Below, in pieces: positions 28,730 through 38,707 of a stretch of DNA of 64,000 nt. The translations under genes and the position numbers were made by a program. The DNA is from Pseudomonadota bacterium (GTDB taxonomy: Bacteria; Pseudomonadota; Alphaproteobacteria; Sphingomonadales; Sphingomonadaceae). Numbering within the stretch: position 1 is the first letter of the stretch; the number at the start of each line of letters is the position of its first letter. The stretch is taken from assembly GCA_046765675.1 (NCBI GenBank), contig JBKPOR010000004.1:7740-71739 (forward strand). The letters are read 5' to 3'. Under the pieces are notes generated by a model. The model did not search any database, was not told the DNA's origin, and was given only the letters and a program-made list of their open reading frames with translations.

Positions 28730-29422
28730 CTATTCGAGCAATTCCAGGAATCGAGCCGCGGCGAGGAAATCGCGCCGGCGATTCTCGAGCGTTTGTTCGG
28801 CGTCGTTGTCGGAACCCCATTTCTCGATCTGCCAACGCTCATCGATGCTGACCGCGGCCCAGGCTTCTTCTGCGGATATCGCCTTTTCGAGCAGTGCCAG
28901 GCCCACGATCAGAGAACCTCCAATGGTGATGAGCGCCGACAGGCCTGCCAGCCGGAACGGATCGATGGCCGTGACCTCATGGACCAGCCGATCGACCGTC
29001 GCAGGGGGCTGCGGAACGGGCATCAGCCCGGAAGTCGTGGCGAAGTCGAGGTCGTAACGCCTTCGCGCCCAGGCCAACAAAGGATCCCAGCATTCCCGCT
29101 GGCGCTCGACCAGCTCAGGGGGCCATTCCGACCGGTAGCAAGCGAGATCGGCTTCAGCGTAGCGCCCGAGCCCCGCCGCGAACGCTGGGCGTTCGGGCAA
29201 GACACGGTCGATCGCCGCGTTCGCGAACCCCGTAAGCGACATTGTTCGGGGATCGACCTCTGCGCCAACCGAGCGCCATTCATCCGCGACGGCATCGGCA
29301 AGCGCGCGGTTGGGAAGACCGAGCGGCCGGCGCGCCGGGGTCAGAACGGGGCGGCCATCGAGCCGGATGGCCCAGCCGCTGTTCTCTTCTTCAACCGTGA
29401 CGTCTCCCCAGAATCGCCTCAC
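28730..29422 (-). CDS. ATP12 family chaperone
   Basis: RLDGRPVLTPARR, ADEW, ADLACYR, GSLIVGLAL, DERWQIEKWG patterns. Confidence 0.9.
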   Translation of the reverse strand: MRRFWGDVTVEEENSGWAIRLDGRPVLTPARRPLGLPNRALADAVADEWRSVGAEVDPRTMSLTGFANAAIDRVLPERPAFAAGLGRYAEADLACYRSEWPPELVERQRECWDPLLAWARRRYDLDFATTSGLMPVPQPPATVDRLVHEVTAIDPFRLAGLSALITIGGSLIVGLALLEKAISAEEAWAAVSIDERWQIEKWGSDNDAEQTLENRRRDFLAAARFLELLE

Positions 29423-29655
29423 TGCGGCGGATTCTGCTGGTCCTGATCGTCCCAGCTCTTCTTCAGGAGCCGCGGCGCGAATACGGCGTCAATCACTCCT
29501 AGAATTGCAACCACGGCTCCAACCTGCGGCCAGCCGCCTTCCCGAAGGAGGTTCGTGTAGCCAATCGCGATACCCAGGAAGAAGACGGCGAGGCCGCCTA
29601 TCCGGACAGCCGTGTAAGCGAGGTAACGCCGCCTCCAGATGTCGTCGTCAGCCAT
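29419..29655 (-). CDS. Small two-TM hypothetical protein
   Basis: 78 aa with two hydrophobic segments; overlaps the ATP12 start and lies 3 nt from the RluA stop. Confidence 0.75.
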   Translation of the reverse strand: MADDDIWRRRYLAYTAVRIGGLAVFFLGIAIGYTNLLREGGWPQVGAVVAILGVIDAVFAPRLLKKSWDDQDQQNPPQ

Positions 29656-29658
29656 GTT

Positions 29659-30723
29659 TCACCGCCTTCGATCCCTCGAGCCGCGCGAGCGCCGTTCGCC
29701 GCGGCGCGTCTCGCGTCGCGGTTTTGACGGGCGTCGTTGAGGTTCCCCTCTGGCTTTTGGAAGTTTGTCGCCCAAGGCTGCATCGAATCCGAGCGTCGCA
29801 AGGCTCTCGGCAATATGGACGGGAAGCTCCGCTGCGACGTCGATCGTCCCGTCGGGCGCGTCGATCTTCAGGCGCCGCGCATGAAGGTGAAGCTTGCGGC
29901 TGATCCCTCCGGTCAGGAACGCTTCGGCTCCGCCATATTTGGCATCCCCCACAACAGGATATCCGATCGCTGCCATATGGGCGCGCAGCTGGTGGGTGCG
30001 GCCGGTCAACGGCTGGAGTTCGACCCAGGCGGCGCGGTTCCCGGCACGGTCGATCACCCGCCACCGAGTCTTTGCCGAAAGGCCATGATCATGGTCGACA
30101 TGCATCTTTTCTCCGCCGGTCCCCGGTTGTTTGGCCAGAGGAGCATCGATGACGCCTTCGTCCACGCTGGGCACACCCACCACCAGCGCCCAATAAATCT
30201 TGCGCGCCGTACGTCCGGAAAAGGCCTTCGCGAAATGGCCCGCGGAACGAGCGGTCCGGGCGACCAAGAGCGCGCCGGACGTATCCTTGTCCAGCCGGTG
30301 GACCAGCTTCGGCCGGCCGCGGTCGTCGCCGAGGCCGTCGAGCAGCCGATCGAGATGTTTGTTGGTCTTCGTCCCGCCCTGCGTTGCAAGTCCCGGCGGC
30401 TTATTAAGGACGAAGGCACTCGGGTCCTCATAGATCACCATCTCGCGCACGAATTCAATTTCATCGTCCGTCAGCCGTTCGCGCTCGGGCTGCGGTCGCG
30501 AGGACCGCTGCGGCACGGCGGCCGCCGGCGGGATTCGGATTTCCTGGCCGGCCTCGACACGGTCACCCGGAACGGCGCGCTTGCCGTTCACCCGCAATTG
30601 CCCGGTTCGCGCCCATCGCGACACGACGTTGAAGCTGACCTCGGCCATATGCCGCTTGAACCAGCGGTCGAGGCGGATCCCGTCATCATCCTCGCTGACG
30701 GTAAAGGTGCGTGGCTCGGCCAT
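29659..30723 (-). CDS. RluA family pseudouridine synthase (RluC-like, S4 domain)
   Basis: RLDRWF, LNKPPGL, VHRLDKDTSG, TGRTHQLRAH, HLHA motifs. Confidence 0.95.
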   Translation of the reverse strand: MAEPRTFTVSEDDDGIRLDRWFKRHMAEVSFNVVSRWARTGQLRVNGKRAVPGDRVEAGQEIRIPPAAAVPQRSSRPQPERERLTDDEIEFVREMVIYEDPSAFVLNKPPGLATQGGTKTNKHLDRLLDGLGDDRGRPKLVHRLDKDTSGALLVARTARSAGHFAKAFSGRTARKIYWALVVGVPSVDEGVIDAPLAKQPGTGGEKMHVDHDHGLSAKTRWRVIDRAGNRAAWVELQPLTGRTHQLRAHMAAIGYPVVGDAKYGGAEAFLTGGISRKLHLHARRLKIDAPDGTIDVAAELPVHIAESLATLGFDAALGDKLPKARGEPQRRPSKPRRETRRGERRSRGSRDRRR

Positions 30724-30744
30724 TTCCGGCGCGATTAGCCGAAG

Positions 30745-31113
30745 CTAGGCGTCTCGTCCCGCCCAATGTTCGAAGGCCTGACGCTGCAGTCTGCGGATCA
30801 GCTTCGTCGCTTTCGGCCCTTCCCACAAACCGGTGTAGTCATGCTTCCTGGCCCCGCCGACCCACCACCCCTGCCCCGGCAGTCCATCCGATTGGCGCAC
30901 GACCAGAACCGCGAGCTCCGGCTCGCCGCGCTCCTCCGCCTCGTCATCGACATAGGCGAGGACCTTGCACAGCGCGCGCATCTTGGGTCGGGTGAAATGG
31001 TGGCCGAGCAATTCCAGCACTTCGGCGTAGCTGATTGGCTCTCCAGCCTTGGCCGTCGCAACCAGGATCGCACGGACCTCGCCCGGGTCCGCAAGCAACC
31101 CGGCTTCGGTCAT
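30745..31113 (-). CDS. Hypothetical 122-aa protein (possible winged-helix/ATL-like)
   Basis: Clean ORF in operon context (overlaps the upstream gene); ISYAEV...AVLVVRQSDGLPGQGWW motif. Confidence 0.75.
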   Translation of the reverse strand: MTEAGLLADPGEVRAILVATAKAGEPISYAEVLELLGHHFTRPKMRALCKVLAYVDDEAEERGEPELAVLVVRQSDGLPGQGWWVGGARKHDYTGLWEGPKATKLIRRLQRQAFEHWAGRDA

Positions 31114-31778
31114 TGAGCTTGTGGCTGCTGCCCGACCGGTGTCAGCTCGAACACGTCGAGCTTCGAGGTGCTGCTCTGCGGCCAGGGGATGACGAGGCGC
31201 CAGCGGAACGGCCCAATGCGTTCGAGCACGCCTGCCATGTCGCGCTTGGGGTCGTCGCCGTAGGCAATCGGCTGCTCCTCATTGCCGAGGGCCAGGCTTC
31301 CGAGGAAGATGAGGCGCGTCGGATCGTCATCCTCCCACAGCCTCCCCGCGGGCCTCTGGCTGCCGGTCTGCTTGACGATCGTCAGCAGGTCGCCTTCGAC
31401 CTCGACGTAGCAGAAGAACGGCCTGAAGCTCTCATATGCCTTACTCTTCGAAGTCGCCTTGCCGAGCTTGATCAGCCGGCAATAATAGCTTCCCGGTGTC
31501 GGAGCGGGACGCGGGAGCGCTGCCCGGGGGCGAAGCAAGGCCCCTTCCCTGCGAACTTCGTCAGCGGAGGTCTTGCGCGCATCCGCCAACGCTTCCTGCC
31601 AGCCAAGGCCGAGGCGCGCGATGCGGTCTTCGTCTGAGGCCGTCGCCACTTGCTTCCAGATATCCGATTTGAGTGGCGCGCCGACCTCCACGGTCGGAGT
31701 AATTCCTGGCGGCGGTTTGGGCTTGGTCACGCAGGCAGCCGCGAGCGCCGCGAGCATCAGGGCCGCAGCCGTGCGCAT
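31110..31778 (-). CDS. DUF4893-like lipoprotein
   Basis: Lipobox LAAAC; G.Y.CRLIKLG, FFCYV, KQTGSQRPAGRL patterns. Confidence 0.75.
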   Translation of the reverse strand: MRTAAALMLAALAAACVTKPKPPPGITPTVEVGAPLKSDIWKQVATASDEDRIARLGLGWQEALADARKTSADEVRREGALLRPRAALPRPAPTPGSYYCRLIKLGKATSKSKAYESFRPFFCYVEVEGDLLTIVKQTGSQRPAGRLWEDDDPTRLIFLGSLALGNEEQPIAYGDDPKRDMAGVLERIGPFRWRLVIPWPQSSTSKLDVFELTPVGQQPQAQ

Positions 31779-31917
31779 CTCGAAGCTGTCGAATCGAGTC
31801 ACTACCCCCACTTCCCGAGACCGCGGCCAACGTGACAGCGACCGTCCGCAGATTCAACTAACACGGCATTCAACATGAGCTTTCACTGAACGCTCAGCGC
31901 CGCTAGGCGCACGGCCG

Positions 31918-32847
31918 ATGAACGCCCGTGCCGGTTCGTCCCAGACCGCGACCCATGCGGCCCAGCGCCACCCGCGCTCAGGCTTCCTTCTTGGCCTTGC
32001 CGCTTACGGGCTGTGGGGCGTTCTCCCGCTCTATTTCAGGGCCCTCCGCCACGTCCCGGCGATCGACATCGTGGCCCACCGAGTGCTTTGGTCCCTGCCC
32101 TTCCTGGCGGCGCTGATCGCGCTGGCGAAGGGGTGGAACAAGGTCCGGGAGGCCATCACTCGACCCAAGACCCTTGCAATCCTGGCGGTTACCGCGTTGC
32201 TGATCGGCGGCAACTGGCTGCTCTACGTTTACGCGGTTACGAGCGGACACATCCTTGCTGCGAGCTTCGGCTATTATCTGAACCCGCTCGCCAATGTGTT
32301 GCTCGGCAGGTTCGTATTGAAGGAGCGGCTCGGCCTTCTTCAATGGACCGCGGTCGCGGTCGCTGCGGCGGGGATCTCGGTCCTGGCCGCCGGTGCATTG
32401 GGCCAGCTTTGGATCAGCCTGACCCTTTGCGTCACTTTCGCGCTCTACGGCTTGCTCCGCAAAGTCGTGCCCGCCGACGCGATTACGGGCTTGGGTGTCG
32501 AGACGGGGCTGCTCTTTCCCTTGGCCCTTCTTTGGCTGGGCTGGCGATTTGGGGCCGGAGCGCCAATTCTTGGCTCGACCGGCGCAGACACCGGCCTGCT
32601 GCTTATCGCGGGGATTGTCTCGACCACGCCGCTGCTTTTGTTCACCGCCGCGGCGAGGCTACTGAAATATTCGACGCTCGGCATGCTCCAGTTCATTGCC
32701 CCGACCTTACAGTTCCTGATCGGCGTATGGTACGGCGAGCCGTTCACGCCGGCGCACGCAGTCGCCTTCGCGGCAATCTGGACCGCCCTGGCCCTGTATG
32801 TAACGGCACTCCTGAGGAGCCCGCGGCTGCCGCAGCCGCCGGAATGA
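31918..32847 (+). CDS. rarD: EamA family transporter RarD
   Basis: AYGLWGVLPLYF, HRVLWS, NWLLYVYAV, SFGYYLNPL, GMLQFIAPTLQF motifs. Confidence 0.93.
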   Translation: MNARAGSSQTATHAAQRHPRSGFLLGLAAYGLWGVLPLYFRALRHVPAIDIVAHRVLWSLPFLAALIALAKGWNKVREAITRPKTLAILAVTALLIGGNWLLYVYAVTSGHILAASFGYYLNPLANVLLGRFVLKERLGLLQWTAVAVAAAGISVLAAGALGQLWISLTLCVTFALYGLLRKVVPADAITGLGVETGLLFPLALLWLGWRFGAGAPILGSTGADTGLLLIAGIVSTTPLLLFTAAARLLKYSTLGMLQFIAPTLQFLIGVWYGEPFTPAHAVAFAAIWTALALYVTALLRSPRLPQPPE

Positions 32848-32863
32848 TGATAGGAGGTCGGCC

Positions 32864-33085
32864 ATGTTCAATGTGGCTTCGCTGATCATCGGCTTCGTCG
32901 CGCTGATCCTCGCGATCGTCGCTTTCATCCCGCTGCTGGGATGGGCCAATTGGCTGATCATCCCGCTGGCGGTCATCGGCGCTGGGGTCGGAATGGTCTC
33001 GCGCGGGACGAGCGGCCGCAATCTCAACCTGCTGGTAATCGTGATAGGAGTGGTTCGACTGATGCTCGGGGGAGGGATCCTGTGA
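32864..33085 (+). CDS. Small membrane hypothetical protein
   Basis: 73 aa with three hydrophobic segments; strong RBS GGAGG. Confidence 0.8.
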   Translation: MFNVASLIIGFVALILAIVAFIPLLGWANWLIIPLAVIGAGVGMVSRGTSGRNLNLLVIVIGVVRLMLGGGIL

Positions 33086-33666
33086 GCCGTGAGCCCCGAA
33101 TCGACACCTATATCGCGAAGGCGCAGCCGTTCGCTCGTCCGATCCTCGAGAAGGTGCGTGAACGGGTCCACGCCGTGATTCCCGGGATCGAGGAAGCGAT
33201 GAAGTGGAGTCATCCGACCTATTGCAAGGACGGCAAGATCCTTCTGGGCACAGCCGCCTTCAAACAGCATGCGGTGGTTAACTTCTGGCGCGGCCAGGAG
33301 CTCGGCTTCGAGACCAGGAGCGGTGCGATGGGCCAGCTCGGAAAGCTGACCCGCGTGGACGACCTGCCGGAGGACCTCGACGCGATGATCCTCAAGGCGG
33401 CCGAGCTATCAGGCGCGCCTGCGCGTCGAAAAACCAAGCATGAGCCGAAGCCGCCGCCCGGCATGCATCCCGAATTTGCGGCAGCCCTCGCGAGAGCGCC
33501 GCAAGCCAAGGCGACGCTGGATGGTTTCCCTCCGTCGGCGCAACGCGAATATCTCGACTGGATCAGCGAGGCGAAACAGGATTCCACCCGGCACAAGCGG
33601 ATCGGGGACGCGATCCAGTGGCTCAGCGAAGGCAAGCGACGCAACTGGAAGTACGAAAATTGCTGA
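33082..33666 (+). CDS. YdeI/OmpD-associated (DUF1801 + OmdA) family protein
   Basis: IDTYIAKAQPFARPILE, EEAMKWSHPTY, REYLDWISEAKQDSTR..RI patterns; GTG start overlapping the upstream stop. Confidence 0.88.
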   Translation: MSREPRIDTYIAKAQPFARPILEKVRERVHAVIPGIEEAMKWSHPTYCKDGKILLGTAAFKQHAVVNFWRGQELGFETRSGAMGQLGKLTRVDDLPEDLDAMILKAAELSGAPARRKTKHEPKPPPGMHPEFAAALARAPQAKATLDGFPPSAQREYLDWISEAKQDSTRHKRIGDAIQWLSEGKRRNWKYENC

Positions 33667-34107
33667 TCAGCGCGACATCCTGAGCCCAGGACCGAACATC
33701 GTGTCGCGTTCGCCCTCGAGGGTGAAGCCGCATTTCTCGTAGAACCCGCGCGCTGTCGGATTCGCCGTCACAGTCAGCGAGACTCCCTGCATCCGCGCTT
33801 TGTGCGCGGCCGCTTCGACCAAGGCGGCGCCGATGCCGCGCTTCCAAAGGCGCGGCTCGACAAACAGCCCGTGGAGCTCCCCGGCAATCAAGGTTGCAAA
33901 GCCCGCAACGCGTTCGTCGAGCTCGGCGACCAGCACCTGGCCCTCGGCGATTTGCTCGGCCGGAACCTCAATGACTTCGGGATGAGCTTCCAGCTGCTGT
34001 CGATATTGGGGAAGCGCCAGCGAAGCTCGTCGCTGGAGTGCTTCGAGGTCGAGGCGCTCTTCCGGCCGGGCCAGGCGGATCGTCAGCGCTTCAACGCGCT
34101 TTGACAT
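33667..34107 (-). CDS. GNAT family N-acetyltransferase
   Basis: LFVEPRLWKRGIGAALV and ARGFYEKCGF motifs. Confidence 0.9.
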   Translation of the reverse strand: MSKRVEALTIRLARPEERLDLEALQRRASLALPQYRQQLEAHPEVIEVPAEQIAEGQVLVAELDERVAGFATLIAGELHGLFVEPRLWKRGIGAALVEAAAHKARMQGVSLTVTANPTARGFYEKCGFTLEGERDTMFGPGLRMSR

Positions 34108-35866
34108 AGGATCCGGGCGCGTCCTCGATGGCTTTCAGCTTGCCCTTGCCGGGGACGCGCGCACCCGCCGCTTTCACTGTGGTTGAATCTTGCTTCGTGA
34201 GCCAGGCGAGCCAATCCGGCCACCAGCTGCCCTTGTGCTCCGTCGCGCCTTCAACGAACGCATCCAGCGTCTTCAGTGGACGATCGTTGACCCAAAATTG
34301 ATATTTGTTCGCTGCCGGCGGGTTCACGACTCCGGCGATGTGCCCGGATCCTGCCAGAACGAACCTTTTCGGTCCGGCGAAATGGGTCATGATCTTCCAC
34401 ACGCTCTGCGGCGGGGAGATATGATCCTCACGCCCGGCCTGGACGTAGGTCGGAGTCTCGACCGTATCGATGTCGACCGGGACTCCGGCGACGGAGATCC
34501 CGCCCTTCACCGCAAGCTTGTTCCCCTTGTAGAAGCTTTCGAGATAATCGCGGTGCCACGGCGCCGGCAGGTTGGTCGTGTCCGAATTCCAATAGAGGAG
34601 GTCGAACGGGGCCGGCTCCTCCCCAAGCAAGTAATTGTTGACCACATAGCTCCAGATGAGGTCGCGGCCGCGCAGCAGGTTGAAGGTCGCCGCCATGTAC
34701 CGGCCATCGAGATAACCTTTCTCCTTGGTCAGCTCGTCCAAAAGTCCCATCGTTTCGGGGCCCGTGAAGAGCTTCAGGTCTCCGGCCTCGGTGAAGTCCA
34801 CCTGAGCGGTCAGGAAGGTCGCGGACTTGACCTTTTTCGCCTGCTTCTTGGCCTGAAGATAGGCCAGCGTCGCCGCCAAGGTGGTCCCGGCAACGCAATA
34901 TCCGATCGTGTGGACACTCTCGACCCCGAGCAGGTCGCGCACCGTGTCGATCGCGTCGATCTGTCCCTCGAGCACATAATCGTCGAGCGTGGCGTCGGCG
35001 ATGCTCTCGTCGGCCGACTTCCAGCTGACCATGAACAAAGTCACCCCGTTGTCGACGCACCATTTGACGAAGCTTTTTTCCGGGTTGAGATCGAGGATGT
35101 AGAAGCGGTTGATCCACGGAGGGAAAATCACGACCGGAGTCTTCAGTACCTCGGGCGTCGTCGGGGTGTACTGGATGACCTGGTAAAGCCTCGTTTGCTT
35201 GATCACCTTGCCCGGGGTGGTTGCGAGGTTCCGGCCGACTTCGAAAACGCCGGGCTTAGTCTGGGTGAGCTGGCCCGCCGCAATGTCCTTCAGCATGTTG
35301 GCGAGGCCCTTCAGCAAATTCTCGCCGCGGCTCTCGATCGTCTTCTTGAGCACCTGGGGGTTGGTGAGCGCGAAATTGGACGGGCTCATCGCGTCGACGA
35401 AGCTGCGGGTCGCGAAGCGCAGCCGCTCGCGCATGGTTGGGTCGAGGTTCTCGATCTCGTCGACCGTCCCCAGAAGCTGGTCCGACATCCGCAAATAGGT
35501 CTGCCGAATCGTGTCGAAGATCGGGTTGTCATGCCATTCGGGCGCGGCGAAGCGCCGATCCTTTCGATCCTTTTCCTGAGGGCTCGGAGCCGCAACCGCT
35601 CCGCCGAGCATCTTGCCCCATGCTTCGAGGCCCTTTGCCCATGCCTGCGCGCCCGCGGTCATCAGCGCCATCGGGTCGGCCGCGCCCGCCTGCTCGCCAA
35701 AGCCGAAGGCGGGCTGAGACCAACCCGGAAACGGCTGGTCTTTCTTGAGGCTCGCCGCCCAGAACTCCATCAGCATCTGCTGGACGCGGCCCATCACCAG
35801 CGTCCAATGCTGCCAGTCTTCGAGCGTCGGGATTGCGCTCTCAGCCCTGTTCGACTCCTCTGCCAT
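34091..35866 (-). CDS. phaC: Class I poly(3-hydroxyalkanoate) synthase
   Basis: PPWINRFYILDL, lipase box GYCVAG, WNSDTT, SGHIAGVVNPP, GSWWPDW motifs; start MAEESN (ATG 35866). Confidence 0.95.
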   Translation of the reverse strand: MAEESNRAESAIPTLEDWQHWTLVMGRVQQMLMEFWAASLKKDQPFPGWSQPAFGFGEQAGAADPMALMTAGAQAWAKGLEAWGKMLGGAVAAPSPQEKDRKDRRFAAPEWHDNPIFDTIRQTYLRMSDQLLGTVDEIENLDPTMRERLRFATRSFVDAMSPSNFALTNPQVLKKTIESRGENLLKGLANMLKDIAAGQLTQTKPGVFEVGRNLATTPGKVIKQTRLYQVIQYTPTTPEVLKTPVVIFPPWINRFYILDLNPEKSFVKWCVDNGVTLFMVSWKSADESIADATLDDYVLEGQIDAIDTVRDLLGVESVHTIGYCVAGTTLAATLAYLQAKKQAKKVKSATFLTAQVDFTEAGDLKLFTGPETMGLLDELTKEKGYLDGRYMAATFNLLRGRDLIWSYVVNNYLLGEEPAPFDLLYWNSDTTNLPAPWHRDYLESFYKGNKLAVKGGISVAGVPVDIDTVETPTYVQAGREDHISPPQSVWKIMTHFAGPKRFVLAGSGHIAGVVNPPAANKYQFWVNDRPLKTLDAFVEGATEHKGSWWPDWLAWLTKQDSTTVKAAGARVPGKGKLKAIEDAPGSYVKAR

Positions 35867-35882
35867 CGCGGCTATGTAGGCA

Positions 35883-37094
35883 ATGATGCGGAGCCTTACA
35901 CTAGCGCTGAGTTTGGCCCTCTCCGCTTGCGCTACGATTCCACCGACGGAGCCGCCGGTCCGAGCGCAGGTCGGTGTTGCGTTCGACCGCAATGGCGAGA
36001 TCGCCACCTTTGCAGAGGGAATCGCCGACCCGCAGTCCGGCCGGCGAGTCACCATCGACGATCCGGTGCGGGTCGCCTCGATCAGCAAACTGGTGACTGC
36101 AATCGGCGTGTTGAGACTTGTCGAGCAGGGCAAGCTCGATCTCAACGCCGATGTGTCGCAAGCCCTCGGCTGGGAATTGCGCAACCCGAAGTTCCCTCAG
36201 CGGGCGATCACGCTGGGGATGCTGCTCGCGCACACAAGCTCGGTACGCGAGCATGACGACAATTACGTCATTCCGTTGGGCAGTTCACTGCGGGACGTCA
36301 TGCGCGACCCGAAGAACTGGGACCCGAAGCACGGTCCAGGGGACAATTATTTCGCCTACGTCAACCTCAACTATCCGATCATCGGCTCGATCATCGAGAA
36401 GACCACGGGCGAACGCTTCGACGTCTGGATGCGCCGCGAGGTCCTCGAGCCGATGAAGCTCGACGCCTGCTACAACTGGCCGACCTGCAGCGACGCCGTG
36501 ATCGCGCGCGCCGTGGAGCTCGACTCGCCCGACGGCAAACCGCAGAAAGACGACCTGCACGGTGTGCGACCCGCCTGCCCAGTGTTCGTCAAGGAAGGTG
36601 AACCGTGCGACCTCGGGCGCTGGAAGCTCGGCGATAACGGCTCGCTCTTCTCGCCCCAGGGCGGGTTGCGCATCTCCGCGCGGGGGCTGGTCCGGATCGG
36701 GCGGATGCTTCTGAATCGCGGAACGCTCGACGGAATTCGAATTCTCTCGCCCCAATCGGTCGATACCTTGCTCGCGCAGGTCTGGCAGTTCGACGGCAGC
36801 AACGGACTGACCGAGGGCGGCTTTTATTGCAGCTCCGGTCACGGAACCCACCAAATTCCGACGCGCGTTCCCGGGTGCCGCGACAACATGGGAACCGGCG
36901 GTGCCGTTCTCGTCGGCCATGCCGGCGATGCCTATGGGATGAAGGCAGGCCTGTGGGTCGACCGCGCCCTCGGGCGCGGCATCGCTTACTTCGTGACAGG
37001 CGTCCCCGACGAAGCGCAGCGTGACGACCGCAGCGCTTTCACCGCGGCGGAAGCGCGGGCATTCCGCCGCACCTATGCCCTCCTCAAACGCTAA
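35883..37094 (+). CDS. Serine hydrolase (beta-lactamase family) lipoprotein
   Basis: Lipobox LSAC; SISK (SxxK), YVNLNY and GHAGDAYG motifs. Confidence 0.88.
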   Translation: MMRSLTLALSLALSACATIPPTEPPVRAQVGVAFDRNGEIATFAEGIADPQSGRRVTIDDPVRVASISKLVTAIGVLRLVEQGKLDLNADVSQALGWELRNPKFPQRAITLGMLLAHTSSVREHDDNYVIPLGSSLRDVMRDPKNWDPKHGPGDNYFAYVNLNYPIIGSIIEKTTGERFDVWMRREVLEPMKLDACYNWPTCSDAVIARAVELDSPDGKPQKDDLHGVRPACPVFVKEGEPCDLGRWKLGDNGSLFSPQGGLRISARGLVRIGRMLLNRGTLDGIRILSPQSVDTLLAQVWQFDGSNGLTEGGFYCSSGHGTHQIPTRVPGCRDNMGTGGAVLVGHAGDAYGMKAGLWVDRALGRGIAYFVTGVPDEAQRDDRSAFTAAEARAFRRTYALLKR

Positions 37095-37105
37095 CGGAGG
37101 ATGAC

Positions 37106-37441
37106 ATGAAACTGAGCTATGCGATCAAACATGTCGCCGACATGGACAAAGCGATCGCCTTCCATCGCGACACGCTCGGCCTGCAGCTGAAGTTCGAGTC
37201 CCCGTTCTGGAGCGAGTTCGCGACCGGCGACACGACCCTGGCCCTGCACCCCACATCGCCCGAGCATCCGGCCGGAAGCGTCCAGCTTGGCTTCGCCGCG
37301 GACGATCTCGGCGAATTCTATTCGCGGCGTGACGAGCTCGGTCTCAGCTTCACCCAGCCGCCGACCGAAATGCACGGGGTTCACATCGCCCGCTTCCGCG
37401 ACATCGACGGCGCAGAAACATCCGTTAGCGGGCCGGTTTAG
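37106..37441 (+). CDS. VOC/glyoxalase family protein
   Basis: VADMDKAIAFHRDTLGL...FRDIDG; RBS GGAGG. Confidence 0.88.
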   Translation: MKLSYAIKHVADMDKAIAFHRDTLGLQLKFESPFWSEFATGDTTLALHPTSPEHPAGSVQLGFAADDLGEFYSRRDELGLSFTQPPTEMHGVHIARFRDIDGAETSVSGPV

Positions 37442-37487
37442 GCGACGGGTTGCCGCGGCGCGCCATTCTCGCGCATTGGCAGCGGAG

Positions 37488-38666
37488 ATGAGCGACGAAT
37501 TCTACCGCATCGAGCGCCTGCCGCCGTACGTCTTCGCCGAAGTCAACGCGATGAAGGCCGCAGCGCGCTCTCGAGGCGAGGACGTCATCGACCTCGGCAT
37601 GGGAAATCCCGACGGATCGCCTCCGCAGCATGTCATCGACAAGCTTGCCGAGGTCGCGGGCAAGCCGCACGCCCATCGCTATTCGGCGAGCCGCGGGATC
37701 CCGGGCCTCAGGAAAGCCCAGGCGGCTTATTACAAGCGGCGTTTCAACGTCGACCTCGACCCCGACAAGGAAGTCATTGTCTGCCTCGGTTCCAAGGAGG
37801 GCCTAGCCAACCTCGCCCAGGCGATAACCGCGCCCGGCGATGTCGTGCTCGCGCCCAACCCATCCTATCCCATTCACAGCTTCGGCTTCATCATCGCGGG
37901 AGCGGCCATCCGGTCGATCCCGGCGGCGCCCGGAGAGGAATTCTTCGATCGATTGAACAGCGCCGTTCGCTACACCGTTCCCCGGCCAAAGGTTCTCGTG
38001 ATCGGCTATCCGTCGAACCCGACAGCATATGTTGCCGACCTCGACTTCTATCGGCGCCTGATCGATTTCGCCCGCGAGCACGAACTGATCGTTATTTCCG
38101 ACCTCGCTTATGCCGAAATCTACTTCGGCGATCAGCCGACCCCGTCGATCCTCGAGGTGGAAGGGGCGAAGGACGTGGCCGTCGAGTTCACATCGATGAG
38201 CAAGACCTATTCGATGGCCGGATGGCGGATCGGCTTCGCGGTCGGCAACGCGCGGCTGATCGACGCACTGGGCCGGGTCAAGTCTTACCTCGATTACGGC
38301 GCCTTCACGCCCATCCAGGCGGCGGCGTGCGCGGCGCTCAATGGGCCCCAGGACATCGTCGATTATAACCGCAATCTCTACAGGAAGCGCCGCGATGTGC
38401 TCGTCGAGAGTTTCGGCCGCGCCGGGTGGGAGATCCCCTCCCCGGAAGCGTCCATGTTCGCCTGGGCGCCCATTCCCGAACGATTCCACAACCTCGGATC
38501 GATGGCATTCGCGAAGAAGCTTCTGACGGACGCGCATGTGGCGGTCGCTCCGGGAGTCGGATTCGGCGAAGAGGGCGAAGGGTTTGTCAGGATTGCTCTG
38601 GTCGAAAACGAACAGCGCCTGCGCCAGGCCGCTCGCGGCGTGAAGAAAATGCTTGGCAGCGGGTAG
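37488..38666 (+). CDS. PLP-dependent class I/II aminotransferase (AlaC / LL-DAP aminotransferase-like)
   Basis: RLPPYVF, DLGMGNPD, YPSNPT, SDLAY, SMSKTYSMAGWRIG motifs. Confidence 0.92.
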   Translation: MSDEFYRIERLPPYVFAEVNAMKAAARSRGEDVIDLGMGNPDGSPPQHVIDKLAEVAGKPHAHRYSASRGIPGLRKAQAAYYKRRFNVDLDPDKEVIVCLGSKEGLANLAQAITAPGDVVLAPNPSYPIHSFGFIIAGAAIRSIPAAPGEEFFDRLNSAVRYTVPRPKVLVIGYPSNPTAYVADLDFYRRLIDFAREHELIVISDLAYAEIYFGDQPTPSILEVEGAKDVAVEFTSMSKTYSMAGWRIGFAVGNARLIDALGRVKSYLDYGAFTPIQAAACAALNGPQDIVDYNRNLYRKRRDVLVESFGRAGWEIPSPEASMFAWAPIPERFHNLGSMAFAKKLLTDAHVAVAPGVGFGEEGEGFVRIALVENEQRLRQAARGVKKMLGSG

Positions 38667-38707
38667 GAACCCTTGGCTGCCCAAAGGATTGGCAGCGACG
38701 GGTACGC

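Noticed and set aside
35867-36184. N-terminal extension of phaC to 697 aa in the ORF track
   Set aside because: It would overlap the divergent serine hydrolase gene; ATG 35866 gives a normal class I PhaC.
34190-36256. 688-aa plus-strand ORF
   Set aside because: Antisense to phaC and out of frame with the serine hydrolase; no motifs.
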